A stretch of DNA of 64,000 nucleotides from Candidatus Rariloculaceae bacterium (GTDB taxonomy: Bacteria; Pseudomonadota; Gammaproteobacteria; Steroidobacterales; Rariloculaceae), in assembly GCA_965221035.1 (NCBI GenBank), contig OZ244860.1, forward strand, positions 992,687-1,056,686, in the 5' to 3' direction. Numbering within the stretch: the first letter of the stretch is position 1; every line of letters begins with the position of its first letter. This document shows, in pieces, positions 29,684-39,170 of the stretch. The position numbers and the translations under genes were made by a program. Below the pieces are notes generated by a model. It was not told the origin of the DNA. It saw only the letters and a program-made list of their open reading frames with translations, and did no database searches.

Positions 29684-30970
29684 TCACACCTGCTCGAATC
29701 GCTCGCCGGAAAATCCCTCCCGGTGACACAATTCACGCCAACGTTTCGAGGTCAGCGAAATATCCAACGTCCAGCCACCCGCCTCGCGAAGGCGTTCTCC
29801 GCGGACGGCCCGAAGCTCAAACAACCTGGCGCGCAGCCGGCTGTCGCCTGGACCGAGCTTGAGCCGGCCGGTCATCGGCTCGCCCACAGCCCGCTCCCGA
29901 ATCAGATTTCCCAATTCCCCCACTCCGCTGCCGGTGACCGCCGACACCCATACCTTGGGCGATCTCCCGGCGCCGGTCGAGCCATTGAATTCCTGAAATG
30001 GCGGTGCCGACAATCGATCCACCTTATTGTACACCTGAATGCAGGGAACGTCGGCCACCCCAAGCTCGTCCAGCACGGCTTCAACCTGGCGCCTTCGGTC
30101 GACGTGGTGGGGGTCACTGACGTCGATGACGTGAATGAGCAGATCCGCCTGCCGCGTCTCCGTCAGGGTGGCCCGAAAGGCCGCGATCAGTTCGTGAGGC
30201 AGGTCCCGCACGAAGCCCACCGTGTCCACCAGCAGAACCTCGTCCAGTTCGCCCGGCGACAAGCGCCTGATGGTCGGGTCGAGCGTGGCGAAGAGGGTAT
30301 TGCGCGCCCGAACGCTCGCACCGCACAGCGCATTGAAGAGCGAGGTCTTTCCCGCGTTCGTGTAGCCGACCAGGGCCGCTGTCGGCACCCCCGCCCGGCG
30401 GCGGCCCCGGCGACCGAGATTTCTTTGCCTGTCGACCCTGTCGAGACGACCCTTGAGGTGCTTGATTCGCTGGCCGAGCAGCCGGCGGTCGGTCTCAAGC
30501 TGAGTCTCGCCGGGGCCTCTCAGGCCGATGCCGCCCTTCTGACGTTCCAGGTGGGTCCAGCCGCGAACCAGACGCGTCGACAGGTGTTCGAGCTGGGCCA
30601 GTTCGACCTGGATCTTGCCTTCATGGGTAGCGGCGCGCTGGGCAAAGATATCAAGAATCAGGCCGTTTCGGTCCAGAACACGCGCGTTGAGCAATGCTTC
30701 CAGGTTTCGTTCCTGGCTGGCGGACAGGGGCTGATTGATCAGAACCAGGTTCGCCTGGTTGGCACGGACCGCGACGGCGAGTTCATCCGCCTTCCCCTGG
30801 CCGATGAACAACCGGGCGTTCGGAAATCGGCGCCGCGCCTTCAGTTCGTCGACGACATCGGCGCCGGCCGATATCGCCAATGCGCGAAACTCCTGGATTT
30901 CGTCGCTGGAACAGGCCCTCTCAAGACCGACATGCAACAGAACGCAACGCTCCCCCGACCCCGCCGCCAT
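29684..30970 (-). CDS. hflX: GTPase HflX
   Basis: HflX N-domain plus G motifs (GYTNAGKTSLFN, DTVGF, NKVD). Located downstream of hfq. Confidence 0.9.
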   Translation of the reverse strand: MAAGSGERCVLLHVGLERACSSDEIQEFRALAISAGADVVDELKARRRFPNARLFIGQGKADELAVAVRANQANLVLINQPLSASQERNLEALLNARVLDRNGLILDIFAQRAATHEGKIQVELAQLEHLSTRLVRGWTHLERQKGGIGLRGPGETQLETDRRLLGQRIKHLKGRLDRVDRQRNLGRRGRRRAGVPTAALVGYTNAGKTSLFNALCGASVRARNTLFATLDPTIRRLSPGELDEVLLVDTVGFVRDLPHELIAAFRATLTETRQADLLIHVIDVSDPHHVDRRRQVEAVLDELGVADVPCIQVYNKVDRLSAPPFQEFNGSTGAGRSPKVWVSAVTGSGVGELGNLIRERAVGEPMTGRLKLGPGDSRLRARLFELRAVRGERLREAGGWTLDISLTSKRWRELCHREGFSGERFEQV

Positions 30971-31022
30971 CTGTCAGAAACCTGCGGGACCGGCCGCCGA
31001 ACGGCCCGTCAGGGCGACGGCG

Positions 31023-31262
31023 TCACTCATTCTGTTCCGGGTCGTCCGACGTAACCCGCACCACGCGTCCCGGCACCACCGTGGAAATCGCGTGCTTGTA
31101 GACCATTTGACTGACGCTGTTGCGCAGCAAGACCACAAACTGGTCAAACGACTCGATCTGACCCTGCAGCTTGATCCCGTTCACGAGATAGATCGAGACT
31201 GGCACCTTCTCCCGGCGCAACGTGTTCAGGAACGGGTCCTGAAGCGATTGTCCCTTGGGCAT
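31023..31262 (-). CDS. hfq: RNA chaperone Hfq
   Basis: [46 protein letters not shown]...[12 protein letters not shown] is near-canonical Hfq. Confidence 0.97.
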   Translation of the reverse strand: MPKGQSLQDPFLNTLRREKVPVSIYLVNGIKLQGQIESFDQFVVLLRNSVSQMVYKHAISTVVPGRVVRVTSDDPEQNE

Positions 31263-31372
31263 GCTTTTGTCCTTGAAATTGGCGACCGCCGCAACGCGAA
31301 CTCCGATTGACCACGCTGCTCGACGGCTTCATTGATCCCACAGCTTCGAGATAGTAGCACAGGCGCCAGATT

Positions 31373-32311
31373 TCAACCCCCGGAAAATTTCTCCAGAAGC
31401 CGTGCCACAAGACTCCTCGCCGTCTCCGGATCCGCGGGTATCTGCCGGGTCGCCGAGTCCGAGCGCAACCACGTCAGTTGCCGTTTCGCCAGCTGGCGGG
31501 TAGCCGCGATGGCCTGCCGGCGGGCCTCCGGCCAGTCGCATTCACCGTCCAGGTGCGACCAGATCTGCCGATACCCGATGGTACGCACCGACGGCATGGC
31601 CGGGTCGAGGTCACCGCGGCCCCTCAGCGCCTCGACTTCGGCGACAAGCCCGGCATCCACCATCGCATCAAAGCGTCGCTCGATCCGCTGCACCAACCGC
31701 TTTCGGTCGGCTTCAACCAACGCCACCGCCGTGACGGGCCAACCCGGCTCGACTTCCTGACGGGATTGCAGGACCGAGATGGGCTTTCCCGTCAGCTCAT
31801 GGACCTCAAGCGCCCGTTGTATGCGATGCCTGTCCCCCGGAGATATACGGCCGGCCGCGGCCGGGTCCACCTGCTTCAGGCGGTCATGAAGGGACGCCCA
31901 TCCAGACCGTTCCGCCTCGCGGTCCAGGCGTTCGCGAATTGCGGGGTTGGCTGCCGGCAGCTCCGCCAGGCCGTCCCGAAACGCCCGCAGGTACAACAGC
32001 GTCCCGCCGACCAGCAGCGGCAGGCGCCCGCGGGATCCGGCACGAGCAACGGCCTCCCGCGCGTCAGCGGCAAATCGCCCGGCCGAATAGGTCTCGGTCG
32101 GTTCCAGGATGTCCACCAGGTGGTGCGGTACCTCGGCCATGACCTCCGGAGAGGGTTTGGCCGTGCCGATATCCATCCCGCGATAGACCATGGCGGAGTC
32201 CATGCTGATGACTTCCACCGGGAATTCAGCCGCCAGCGACAGCACCAACCCTGTCTTGCCGCTCGCGGTGGGACCGGTGACGCACAGGCAGGCGGGCAGT
32301 CCGTCGTTCAC
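31373..32311 (-). CDS. miaA: tRNA dimethylallyltransferase MiaA
   Basis: P-loop GPTASGKT, DSAMVYRGMDIGTAKP and HHL.D. GTG start. Confidence 0.9.
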   Translation of the reverse strand: MNDGLPACLCVTGPTASGKTGLVLSLAAEFPVEVISMDSAMVYRGMDIGTAKPSPEVMAEVPHHLVDILEPTETYSAGRFAADAREAVARAGSRGRLPLLVGGTLLYLRAFRDGLAELPAANPAIRERLDREAERSGWASLHDRLKQVDPAAAGRISPGDRHRIQRALEVHELTGKPISVLQSRQEVEPGWPVTAVALVEADRKRLVQRIERRFDAMVDAGLVAEVEALRGRGDLDPAMPSVRTIGYRQIWSHLDGECDWPEARRQAIAATRQLAKRQLTWLRSDSATRQIPADPETARSLVARLLEKFSGG

Positions 32312-32322
32312 GGGTGTTGCGT

Positions 32323-34107
32323 TTACTGACCGCGCAAGAACAATCGATCCAGTTCCGCCACGGAGACCTGAGTCCAGGTGGGCCGTCCATGGTTGCAGTG
32401 ATCTGCGCGCTCGGTGGCCTCCATTTCGCGCAGCAGCGCGTTCATTTCATCAAGTTCCAGCTGCCGGTTGGCGCGCACGGCGCCGTGGCACGCCATGGTG
32501 GCCAGAATTTCGTCGACCACCGATTCGACCCGGTGGGCGCCCGCATCGTTCAGCAGGTCCGCGGCCACATCGCGAAACAGCGGTTCGACCGAGGTGCCCT
32601 CCAGCAACAGCGGGATCGATTCGATGCGAATCTCGCCAGGCCCCCGGCGGGTCACCTCGAAGCCGAGCCGGCTCAGGTCCTGCCGCGAGGCTTCCACCGC
32701 CTCCGCCTCGCTTTCGGAAACGTTCAGGGAAACCGGGATCAACAACGGTTGCGATGCAAGCCCGCTGGCCTTGAACTGCCGCTTGAACCGTTCATAGGTG
32801 ATGCGTTCGTGAGCCGCATGCATGTCGACGATCACCAGCCCGTCGGCGTTCTGAGCGAGAATGTAGATGCCCAGCAGTTGTCCGACGGCGAAACCCAGCG
32901 GGGGCGTGCCGTCGCCCGTGGGTGGCATCCGGGCCTGCGAGTGAAGCATTTCGTACAGCCGCGCGCCGTCGCGGATTTCGAGTTGCCGGGAGTCATGCCG
33001 CACACCGCCCGACCGTGGCAATTGCCGGTGTGGCGTACCGCCTTGCGGGCGTTGCACCGGGGTGCCCGGCAGGCGCGCCGGCGGTTGCGGGGGCTCTCGT
33101 TTTTCCGCGTCCAGGCGGCTGCCCAGCGCGGACTCCACCGTATGGTGAACGAAGCCGTGCACATGGCCCGAATCCCTGAACCGGATCTCCAGCTTGGATG
33201 GATGCGCATTGACGTCGACCCGACCGGGGTCGAGTCGCAGGAAGATGACGTAGGCGGGCTGGCGACCGTGGAACAGCACGTCTTCGTACCCCAATCGCAC
33301 GGCATGGCGCAGGACCTTGTCCCGCACGAAACGTCCGTTCACATAGGTGTATTGCATGTCCGCACGGCTGCGGGTAAATGTCGGTTCCGCCAGCCACCCC
33401 ATGATCTTGAGGTCATCGGCGGTGTGCTCGAAGTACCGAGCCTGCTCCACGAATCGTTCTCCGCAGACCCGCGCCAATCGCGCCTCCTGCTGCTCGCGGT
33501 CCGTCGCGGGCGGGAGCGACAGCGTGGCGCGGCCATTGTTGACCAGGCGCCATTCCACATCGAACCGGCCAAGCGAAAGACTGCGCAGCACCGAATCCAC
33601 GTGGGAGGACTCGGTACGCTCGGATTTCAGGAACTTCCGACGCGCCGGCGTGTTGAAGAACAGGTCGCGCACTTCCACCGTGGTACCGGGCGGATGCGCC
33701 GCCGGTCGAGGCCCAACCGCAGCCGCGCCATCGCACTCAAGGCTCCACGCCGAAGTGGCCCCGCGTGCACAGGACACCAGGCGAAACCTGGAGACCGAGG
33801 CGATGCTCGGCAAGGCCTCGCCGCGAAACCCCAGGCTGGCGACACGTTCCAGTTCATCCAGGTTGGATATCTTGCTCGTGGCGTGTCGCGACAACGCCAA
33901 CCCAAGCTGATCCTTCGGGATACCGGCGCCGTCGTCGCGCACTCGAATCAGCCGTGTGCCTCCTCCCCGGATCTCCAGTTCGACACTCCGTGCGCCGGCA
34001 TCCAGGCTGTTTTCCACAAGTTCCTTGACGGCGGATGCCGGTCGCTCGACGATTTCCCCGGCGGCTATCTGGTCAATGAGTTCCGTCGGCAGGACGCGAA
34101 TGGCCAT
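32323..34107 (-). CDS. mutL: DNA mismatch repair endonuclease MutL
   Basis: IRVLP..L.DQIAAGEIVERPASAVKELVENSLDAGA GHKL N-terminus and a MutL C-terminal dimerisation domain. Confidence 0.95.
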   Translation of the reverse strand: MAIRVLPTELIDQIAAGEIVERPASAVKELVENSLDAGARSVELEIRGGGTRLIRVRDDGAGIPKDQLGLALSRHATSKISNLDELERVASLGFRGEALPSIASVSRFRLVSCARGATSAWSLECDGAAAVGPRPAAHPPGTTVEVRDLFFNTPARRKFLKSERTESSHVDSVLRSLSLGRFDVEWRLVNNGRATLSLPPATDREQQEARLARVCGERFVEQARYFEHTADDLKIMGWLAEPTFTRSRADMQYTYVNGRFVRDKVLRHAVRLGYEDVLFHGRQPAYVIFLRLDPGRVDVNAHPSKLEIRFRDSGHVHGFVHHTVESALGSRLDAEKREPPQPPARLPGTPVQRPQGGTPHRQLPRSGGVRHDSRQLEIRDGARLYEMLHSQARMPPTGDGTPPLGFAVGQLLGIYILAQNADGLVIVDMHAAHERITYERFKRQFKASGLASQPLLIPVSLNVSESEAEAVEASRQDLSRLGFEVTRRGPGEIRIESIPLLLEGTSVEPLFRDVAADLLNDAGAHRVESVVDEILATMACHGAVRANRQLELDEMNALLREMEATERADHCNHGRPTWTQVSVAELDRLFLRGQ

Positions 34108-34128
34108 GGACGTATTCTAGTCCGCCAA

Positions 34129-35457
34129 TCAGCCCACCGGAATGGTCAGCACCTGGCCGATGAGGATGGTGTCGCCCGAAAGCCTGTTGAAGCGCTTTAG
34201 CGAGGCAAGGCTGACTCTGTATCGCTGGGCAATCTCCGAAAGGGTCTCGCCGCGGGAGATGACGTGCCGAACGGCGCTCTCGCGCCTGGGCGGCGGGTTG
34301 GCCGCCAGATAGCTGCCGGGCGGAGGATTGTCGCGGAAATAGTCGACGATGCCATCGTGTATGGCCCGCGCCATCGCACGCTGGTATTCCGAACTCTTCA
34401 GCGCGGTCTCCTCGCGAGGATTGGAGATATACGCGGTCTCGATCAGTACGGAGGGTATGTCCGGCGACTTGAGAACCAGGAACGGCGCGTATTGCACCTC
34501 CTGCTTGCGGATCTTCGCGACCGAACCCATCCGGCTGATGATGCTTTGGCCCACCTGCGCGCTGGCGCTGATGGCGGCGCTCTGGGACAGGTCGAGGAGC
34601 ACGCTGGCCAGCACGTCGTCCTTGTCCGCCAGCGATACCCCGCCGATCATGTCGGAGGCGTTCTCGCGCTCGGCAAGCCGCTTTGCGGCCTCGTCGCTGG
34701 CGCCCTTGTCGGACAGGATATACACGGTTGACCCGCCCACTCGGGAGTCCCGGAACGCGTCGGCGTGAATGGATATGAACAGGTCCGCGCCGCCCTGTCT
34801 GGCGCGCTCCGTGCGCGTGCGATGCGCAACGTAATAGTCGCCGTCCCGAACCATGACCGGTTCCATCCCGGGCTGAGCGCGAACCTCGTCGGCAAGATAC
34901 CGCGCGATGGCCAGCACGACATGCTTTTCACGCGTTCCGCCGGGTCCGGTCGCCCCGGGATCTTCGCCGCCATGACCGGCGTCGATGGCGATGATCACCG
35001 GCCGCTCGCCGGATGCGTCCACCTGGGGTGCGCGCCCTGCGACGGCGGGTGGCGCCGGCGAGTTGGAGGTCAGGTCCACGACCAGCCGATAGCCATACAA
35101 TTCGTTGGGTTCGAGCACGAAGCTGTCCGCCCGCGATGGCTGGCTCAGGTCGAGCACCACGCGCAAGACGCCGCCGGTACGATTCCCGGTGCGGACATTG
35201 GCAACCAGTCCGCGCGCTTCGGCGATGTCTGCTGAAGCGGACATGCGGCTGTCGTCGAGATCTATGACCAGCCGACTGGGGTTTTCCAGACCGAAGATGC
35301 GGTGGACCGTGGGCCGGTCCAGGTCCAGAACCACTCGCGTCGACTCCGGGCTCGCCCAGAGCCTCACACCTTCAACTTCGTTGGCCCAGGATGGGGATGC
35401 CAGACAGCTTCCCCCGAGCAACATGACCGCCGCCAATCGTAATGCCCATCCAAGCAT
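34129..35457 (-). CDS. amiB: N-acetylmuramoyl-L-alanine amidase (AmiB/AmiC type) with C-terminal LysM
   Basis: AMIN-like N-domain, amidase_3 core (IIAIDAGHGGEDPGA, LFISIHAD) and a LysM tail HVISRGETLSEIAQRY. Start set at ATG 35457 (GGGAGAGG upstream). The track ORF starts at GTG 35487. Confidence 0.9.
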   Translation of the reverse strand: MLGWALRLAAVMLLGGSCLASPSWANEVEGVRLWASPESTRVVLDLDRPTVHRIFGLENPSRLVIDLDDSRMSASADIAEARGLVANVRTGNRTGGVLRVVLDLSQPSRADSFVLEPNELYGYRLVVDLTSNSPAPPAVAGRAPQVDASGERPVIIAIDAGHGGEDPGATGPGGTREKHVVLAIARYLADEVRAQPGMEPVMVRDGDYYVAHRTRTERARQGGADLFISIHADAFRDSRVGGSTVYILSDKGASDEAAKRLAERENASDMIGGVSLADKDDVLASVLLDLSQSAAISASAQVGQSIISRMGSVAKIRKQEVQYAPFLVLKSPDIPSVLIETAYISNPREETALKSSEYQRAMARAIHDGIVDYFRDNPPPGSYLAANPPPRRESAVRHVISRGETLSEIAQRYRVSLASLKRFNRLSGDTILIGQVLTIPVG

Positions 35458-35610
35458 TGGTGCACGCCTCTCCCACAGACTGCCCACCTATATTTGCAAA
35501 TCGATCGGGTAAATTCAACATTTTTGTTAAAAGAAATAGCGTATTAGATACCAAACCTAGAGCACTGGGCAGAAAATGCCCGTAGGTGCATACGGCGGGC
35601 GATGCGCTTG

Positions 35611-36105
35611 TTACCCGGCGTCCGAATCGGCCAATATCGCAGTACCGGTCGGCGAGTTCGGCGTGACGGTGATTCGCCGGGTGGCGGTGCCGGTGATTTC
35701 GAATTCAACGAGAACATCGCACCGTGCGGCCAGCTTCGTCGATCGCCCCGGCCACTCCACCAGCAGCCATGCATCCGGACGGGAAAGCCAGTCGTTTACA
35801 CCGATGGCCTCGAGTTCGAGCGCCTGACGCCCGGAGGCATCATCCTCCGGCAACCGGTAGAGATCGATGTGGACCAACGTCACATCGCCCAGGTCGTAGT
35901 CTTCCAGAAGTGTGTACGTGGGCGAGGGAACGCGGCCGAGGTGGCCGAGCCCCTGCAGCATTCCGCGAACCCAGGTCGTCTTTCCGGCTCCGAGGGGGCC
36001 TTCGAGTCCCACCAGCAACCGGCACGGCGCGTGGCTGCGCCACTGGCGCGCAAGGCGCGACGCCATTCCCCTGAAGTGCGCCTCAGACTCCACCAAGGAG
36101 GCCAC
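35611..36105 (-). CDS. tsaE: tRNA threonylcarbamoyladenosine biosynthesis ATPase TsaE
   Basis: LVGLEGPLGAGKTTWVRG...VPSPTYTL...HIDLYRL motifs. No convincing ATG. Start tentatively GTG 36105. The upstream part of the track ORF overlaps the neighbouring gene. Confidence 0.8.
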   Translation of the reverse strand: MASLVESEAHFRGMASRLARQWRSHAPCRLLVGLEGPLGAGKTTWVRGMLQGLGHLGRVPSPTYTLLEDYDLGDVTLVHIDLYRLPEDDASGRQALELEAIGVNDWLSRPDAWLLVEWPGRSTKLAARCDVLVEFEITGTATRRITVTPNSPTGTAILADSDAG

Positions 36106-36140
36106 GGCAGACCCCCGCCCGTTGCCGCCGGTCAAAGGAG

Positions 36141-36971
36141 TCAGTCGATGGGGGAGAGAAGCTCCGGGGCGGTTACCAGCTGACGCACGCCGTGCGAACC
36201 CGACTCGTTGAACACGTTCCCCTGCTCGGCCCAGCGATGCAGCGAGTTGATGTCGAGCTTCGCGCACTGCGGCCGCACGCTCCAGGTGACCTGGGCTGCC
36301 GAACACGTGGTCTGGTCGTAAGACGGACCGGTGGTGGAGCCTCGAAACAGCACCGGCTCGCCGGTATTCGCCGGAATCATTCTGGCCTGATGCAGGCCGT
36401 CGATCTGGTTTCCGCCGTACGCCATCTCAGTGAAATCGAGTGCTTCCGGGTCATTGACGACGAGAAACACCTGCGCCTCGACACGCAGCAGGGGGTCGGC
36501 GCAGGCTTCCGGAACGCAGCCACCGAGTCCCTCCCCCGGCGTGGCGGGACAACTGGTATGAACCCAGTGCACTTCGATCGTTTCGCCGGGCTCCACTCCC
36601 TCGTACGCACCCTCCGCCGGAGCGAGTTCGGCGGCGCTGAGGTCGGACGTGGCGTTGCAGGCATATCCGCCGTCGTCGGCATCACTCACAAAGACGCTGA
36701 AGTCCGGACCCTTGTGTTCGGCGTTGGTATGGGTGTGAATGTTGCAAAGGTTCATTTCGCTGGCCGGAGGCGCCAACGGAAAGCTGACCGTGTTCAGACC
36801 TTCCCGCGCGGTGATGTCGCGTGGAGTCTGCGGTCCCATGTCCAGGCAAAGCGCCTCGCCGGCCTGCTCCGGAGCGGCGTTGGCGGCCAGGTCGGCTTCC
36901 GGTGCGCTTTCGCGTCCGCAACCGGTCATCGACAAAATGAACGCAATGCCCAATCCGCATGTAATTCTCAT
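36141..36971 (-). CDS. lipoprotein with His-rich H-x-H ... H-W-V-H motifs, possibly a carbonic-anhydrase-like (alpha/delta-type) metalloprotein
   Basis: Lipobox ILSMTGC. GPQTPRDI, CNIHTHTNAEHKG and IEVHWVHTSC resemble in spacing the alpha-CA QSPIDI / FHFHWG..SEH / ELHLVH zinc-site pattern. This rests on motif resemblance only. Confidence 0.4.
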   Translation of the reverse strand: MRITCGLGIAFILSMTGCGRESAPEADLAANAAPEQAGEALCLDMGPQTPRDITAREGLNTVSFPLAPPASEMNLCNIHTHTNAEHKGPDFSVFVSDADDGGYACNATSDLSAAELAPAEGAYEGVEPGETIEVHWVHTSCPATPGEGLGGCVPEACADPLLRVEAQVFLVVNDPEALDFTEMAYGGNQIDGLHQARMIPANTGEPVLFRGSTTGPSYDQTTCSAAQVTWSVRPQCAKLDINSLHRWAEQGNVFNESGSHGVRQLVTAPELLSPID

Positions 36972-37188
36972 CTGTATGTCTCCTGCTGCTGTATGGCACC
37001 TGCTGCGAGGTCCGGTCTCTTGCGCCCGCCGATCCCTCCATGATTTGCCGCGCGCGCCCAACTGGCCCGCTCCCGTCATGCTCGGTTCGCCCACTGTCCT
37101 GGTCGAACCGGAGCGACAGCCATTGGCGATGATACTATGAGAGAGGTGGTACGTCGTCAAAGCCCACCGCGTTTAATAACGGACTGAT

Positions 37189-38742
37189 ATGAGTAAGCAG
37201 AAGACACCATATCCTGTCGTCGATGTATTTGCGGGGCCGGGAGGGCTGGGTGAAGGTTTCGCATCACTTATCAGTGAAAAGGAAAATCCCCTGTTCCACA
37301 GCGTTGCCTCTATCGAGAGAGACGAACACTCACATAAGACGCTACTACTCCGGCATTTCTATCGTAGCTTCCCTAACGGTGAAGCCCCTGATGAGTATTA
37401 CAACTATCTTGCGGGGAAAATTGAAGCTGAAGAACTTTTCAGCAAATTCAAGAAACAATACAGTGAAGCCAGGAAGAGCGCCCTGTGTATTTCCTTGGGG
37501 CCGGAAAACCATGATCGTGTAAGGAGAATAATAGGAAGCCGTATTTCGGGGAAAAGGAAGTGGGCGTTGGTCGGAGGCCCGCCCTGCCAGGCATACTCCC
37601 TGGTTGGAAGGTCTCGGATGATGGGAAATCCCGATTTTGAAAGTGACGAGCGGCATTTCCTGTACCTTGAATACCTGAAGATCATTATTGATCATCAGCC
37701 GCCGGTTTTTGTCATGGAGAATGTGAAGGGGCTGCTTTCAGCCCAGGTCAAGGGCGAGCCGATAATAAACAGGATTGTTTCTGACCTTGGTAAGCTCAAA
37801 GTCGCCCTGGGAAAGAAAACAAATGGGCTCGGTTACAATCTCTATTCCCTGTCTGAAGAGAATGCGGTAGAAGGCGAGATTGACCCGCGTCAGTTCCTTG
37901 TCCGGGCTGAAAATTATGGTGTACCTCAAGCCCGACATCGGATGTTTATTGTTGGAATACGCAGTGACCTAAAGATTGAGCCAAGAACCCTCCGACCCCT
38001 GAAATCACCGACTGTCGCGCAGACTATCGGCAACCTTCCTTCCATACGTAGTGGTGTTTCTCGTGGTCGGGATAACCTGGAGCGATGGCACCAGGAAATT
38101 GCGGCGCTTGCTGACAGCAGCCTCATAAAACAACTTAATGGAGTCGAGTATGCCCGGGAGATAGTCTCCAGCATCAAGTGGCAGGCCCGGGATGAAATTC
38201 ATCCTGAAGTACGCTCTTCAAAAAGATATCCCGGTCGTCCGAAATCCAAGCATGACAGTCTGGTCAGCATCTACGATCCGCGACTGAACGTCCTGACAGG
38301 TCACGAGGCGAGAGCCCATATGCCTTCCGATTTACGGCGGTATATGTTCGCTGCAGTGTTTGCAGAGGAAACCGGAAGGAGTCCTAAGCTGGCAGATTTC
38401 CCGAAATTTTTGCTGCCTGATCATAGAAATGTAGAGAAAGGTCGATCAGGGGGAATGTTCTCAGACAGATTCAGAGTTCAGTTGCCGGGGCAGGTTTCAA
38501 CCACAGTTACTTCTCACATCTCGAAGGATGGTCACTATTTCATCCACTATGATCCATCGCAGTGTCGCAGCCTGACCGTGAGAGAGGCCGCGCGATTGCA
38601 GACCTTTCCGGATAACTACAAGTTCGAAGGGCCCCGCACCTCACAATACCATCAGATCGGCAACGCCGTTCCGGTGTACCTAGCCAGAAAAATTGCAGAG
38701 ATTATCGCCGATGTTCTGGATTCCATGAAGGGGAAATCCTGA
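37189..38742 (+). CDS. dcm: DNA (cytosine-5)-methyltransferase
   Basis: All m5C motifs are present: I DVFAGPGGLGEGF, IV GGPPCQAYS, VI VMENVKGL, VIII QARHRMFIVG, IX LTVREAARLQTFPD, X QIGNAVPV. A long variable (TRD) region lies between VIII and IX. Confidence 0.95.
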   Translation: MSKQKTPYPVVDVFAGPGGLGEGFASLISEKENPLFHSVASIERDEHSHKTLLLRHFYRSFPNGEAPDEYYNYLAGKIEAEELFSKFKKQYSEARKSALCISLGPENHDRVRRIIGSRISGKRKWALVGGPPCQAYSLVGRSRMMGNPDFESDERHFLYLEYLKIIIDHQPPVFVMENVKGLLSAQVKGEPIINRIVSDLGKLKVALGKKTNGLGYNLYSLSEENAVEGEIDPRQFLVRAENYGVPQARHRMFIVGIRSDLKIEPRTLRPLKSPTVAQTIGNLPSIRSGVSRGRDNLERWHQEIAALADSSLIKQLNGVEYAREIVSSIKWQARDEIHPEVRSSKRYPGRPKSKHDSLVSIYDPRLNVLTGHEARAHMPSDLRRYMFAAVFAEETGRSPKLADFPKFLLPDHRNVEKGRSGGMFSDRFRVQLPGQVSTTVTSHISKDGHYFIHYDPSQCRSLTVREAARLQTFPDNYKFEGPRTSQYHQIGNAVPVYLARKIAEIIADVLDSMKGKS

Positions 38743-39170
38743 TGGCGGATAGAATCTCGAAGGAGCATCGAAGCTGGAATATGTCGCGCATCAAGGGCAA
38801 AGACACCGGCCCTGAAAGGCAGTTGCGATCAATGCTGCATCGAGCGGGATACCGCTATCGGCTCCACCATTGGGAATTGCCAGGCCGTCCTGACATCGTG
38901 CTACCGAAATACCATGCAGCCGTTTTCGTTCACGGATGTTACTGGCATCGTCACAAGGGCTGCTCCAATGCGACAACGCCAAAAACACGGAAAGAATTCT
39001 GGCAGAAGAAATTCGGTGACACAGTGAGGAGAGATAAGCTTAAGGCGGACCAACTGGAGAAACTTGGATGGCACGTTATCACTGTCTGGGAATGTGAACT
39101 GAAGAAGAACCCCCAAGCGGTTCTTGAAAATGTCGCAGACCAGCTTAAGGATGTTTCTGATGCCTCGTGA
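38742..39170 (+). CDS. vsr: very short patch repair endonuclease Vsr
   Basis: SWNMSRIKGKDTGPE..LR..L...G.RYR.....LPGRPDIVL......VFVHGC.WH.H..C.....PKTR.EFW..K...N..RD is canonical Vsr. Its ATG shares 1 nt with the dcm stop. Confidence 0.95.
   Translation: MADRISKEHRSWNMSRIKGKDTGPERQLRSMLHRAGYRYRLHHWELPGRPDIVLPKYHAAVFVHGCYWHRHKGCSNATTPKTRKEFWQKKFGDTVRRDKLKADQLEKLGWHVITVWECELKKNPQAVLENVADQLKDVSDAS

Noticed and set aside
37140-37165. GAGGTGGTAC at the left island border resembles the putative IS3 left inverted repeat (IRL) GAGGTGGTCC at 47321, suggesting a solo IR or a composite-transposon boundary.
   Set aside because: Only a 9/10 match over 10 nt, in direct rather than inverted orientation, and the similarity does not extend. 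Chance cannot be excluded without a genome-wide search.
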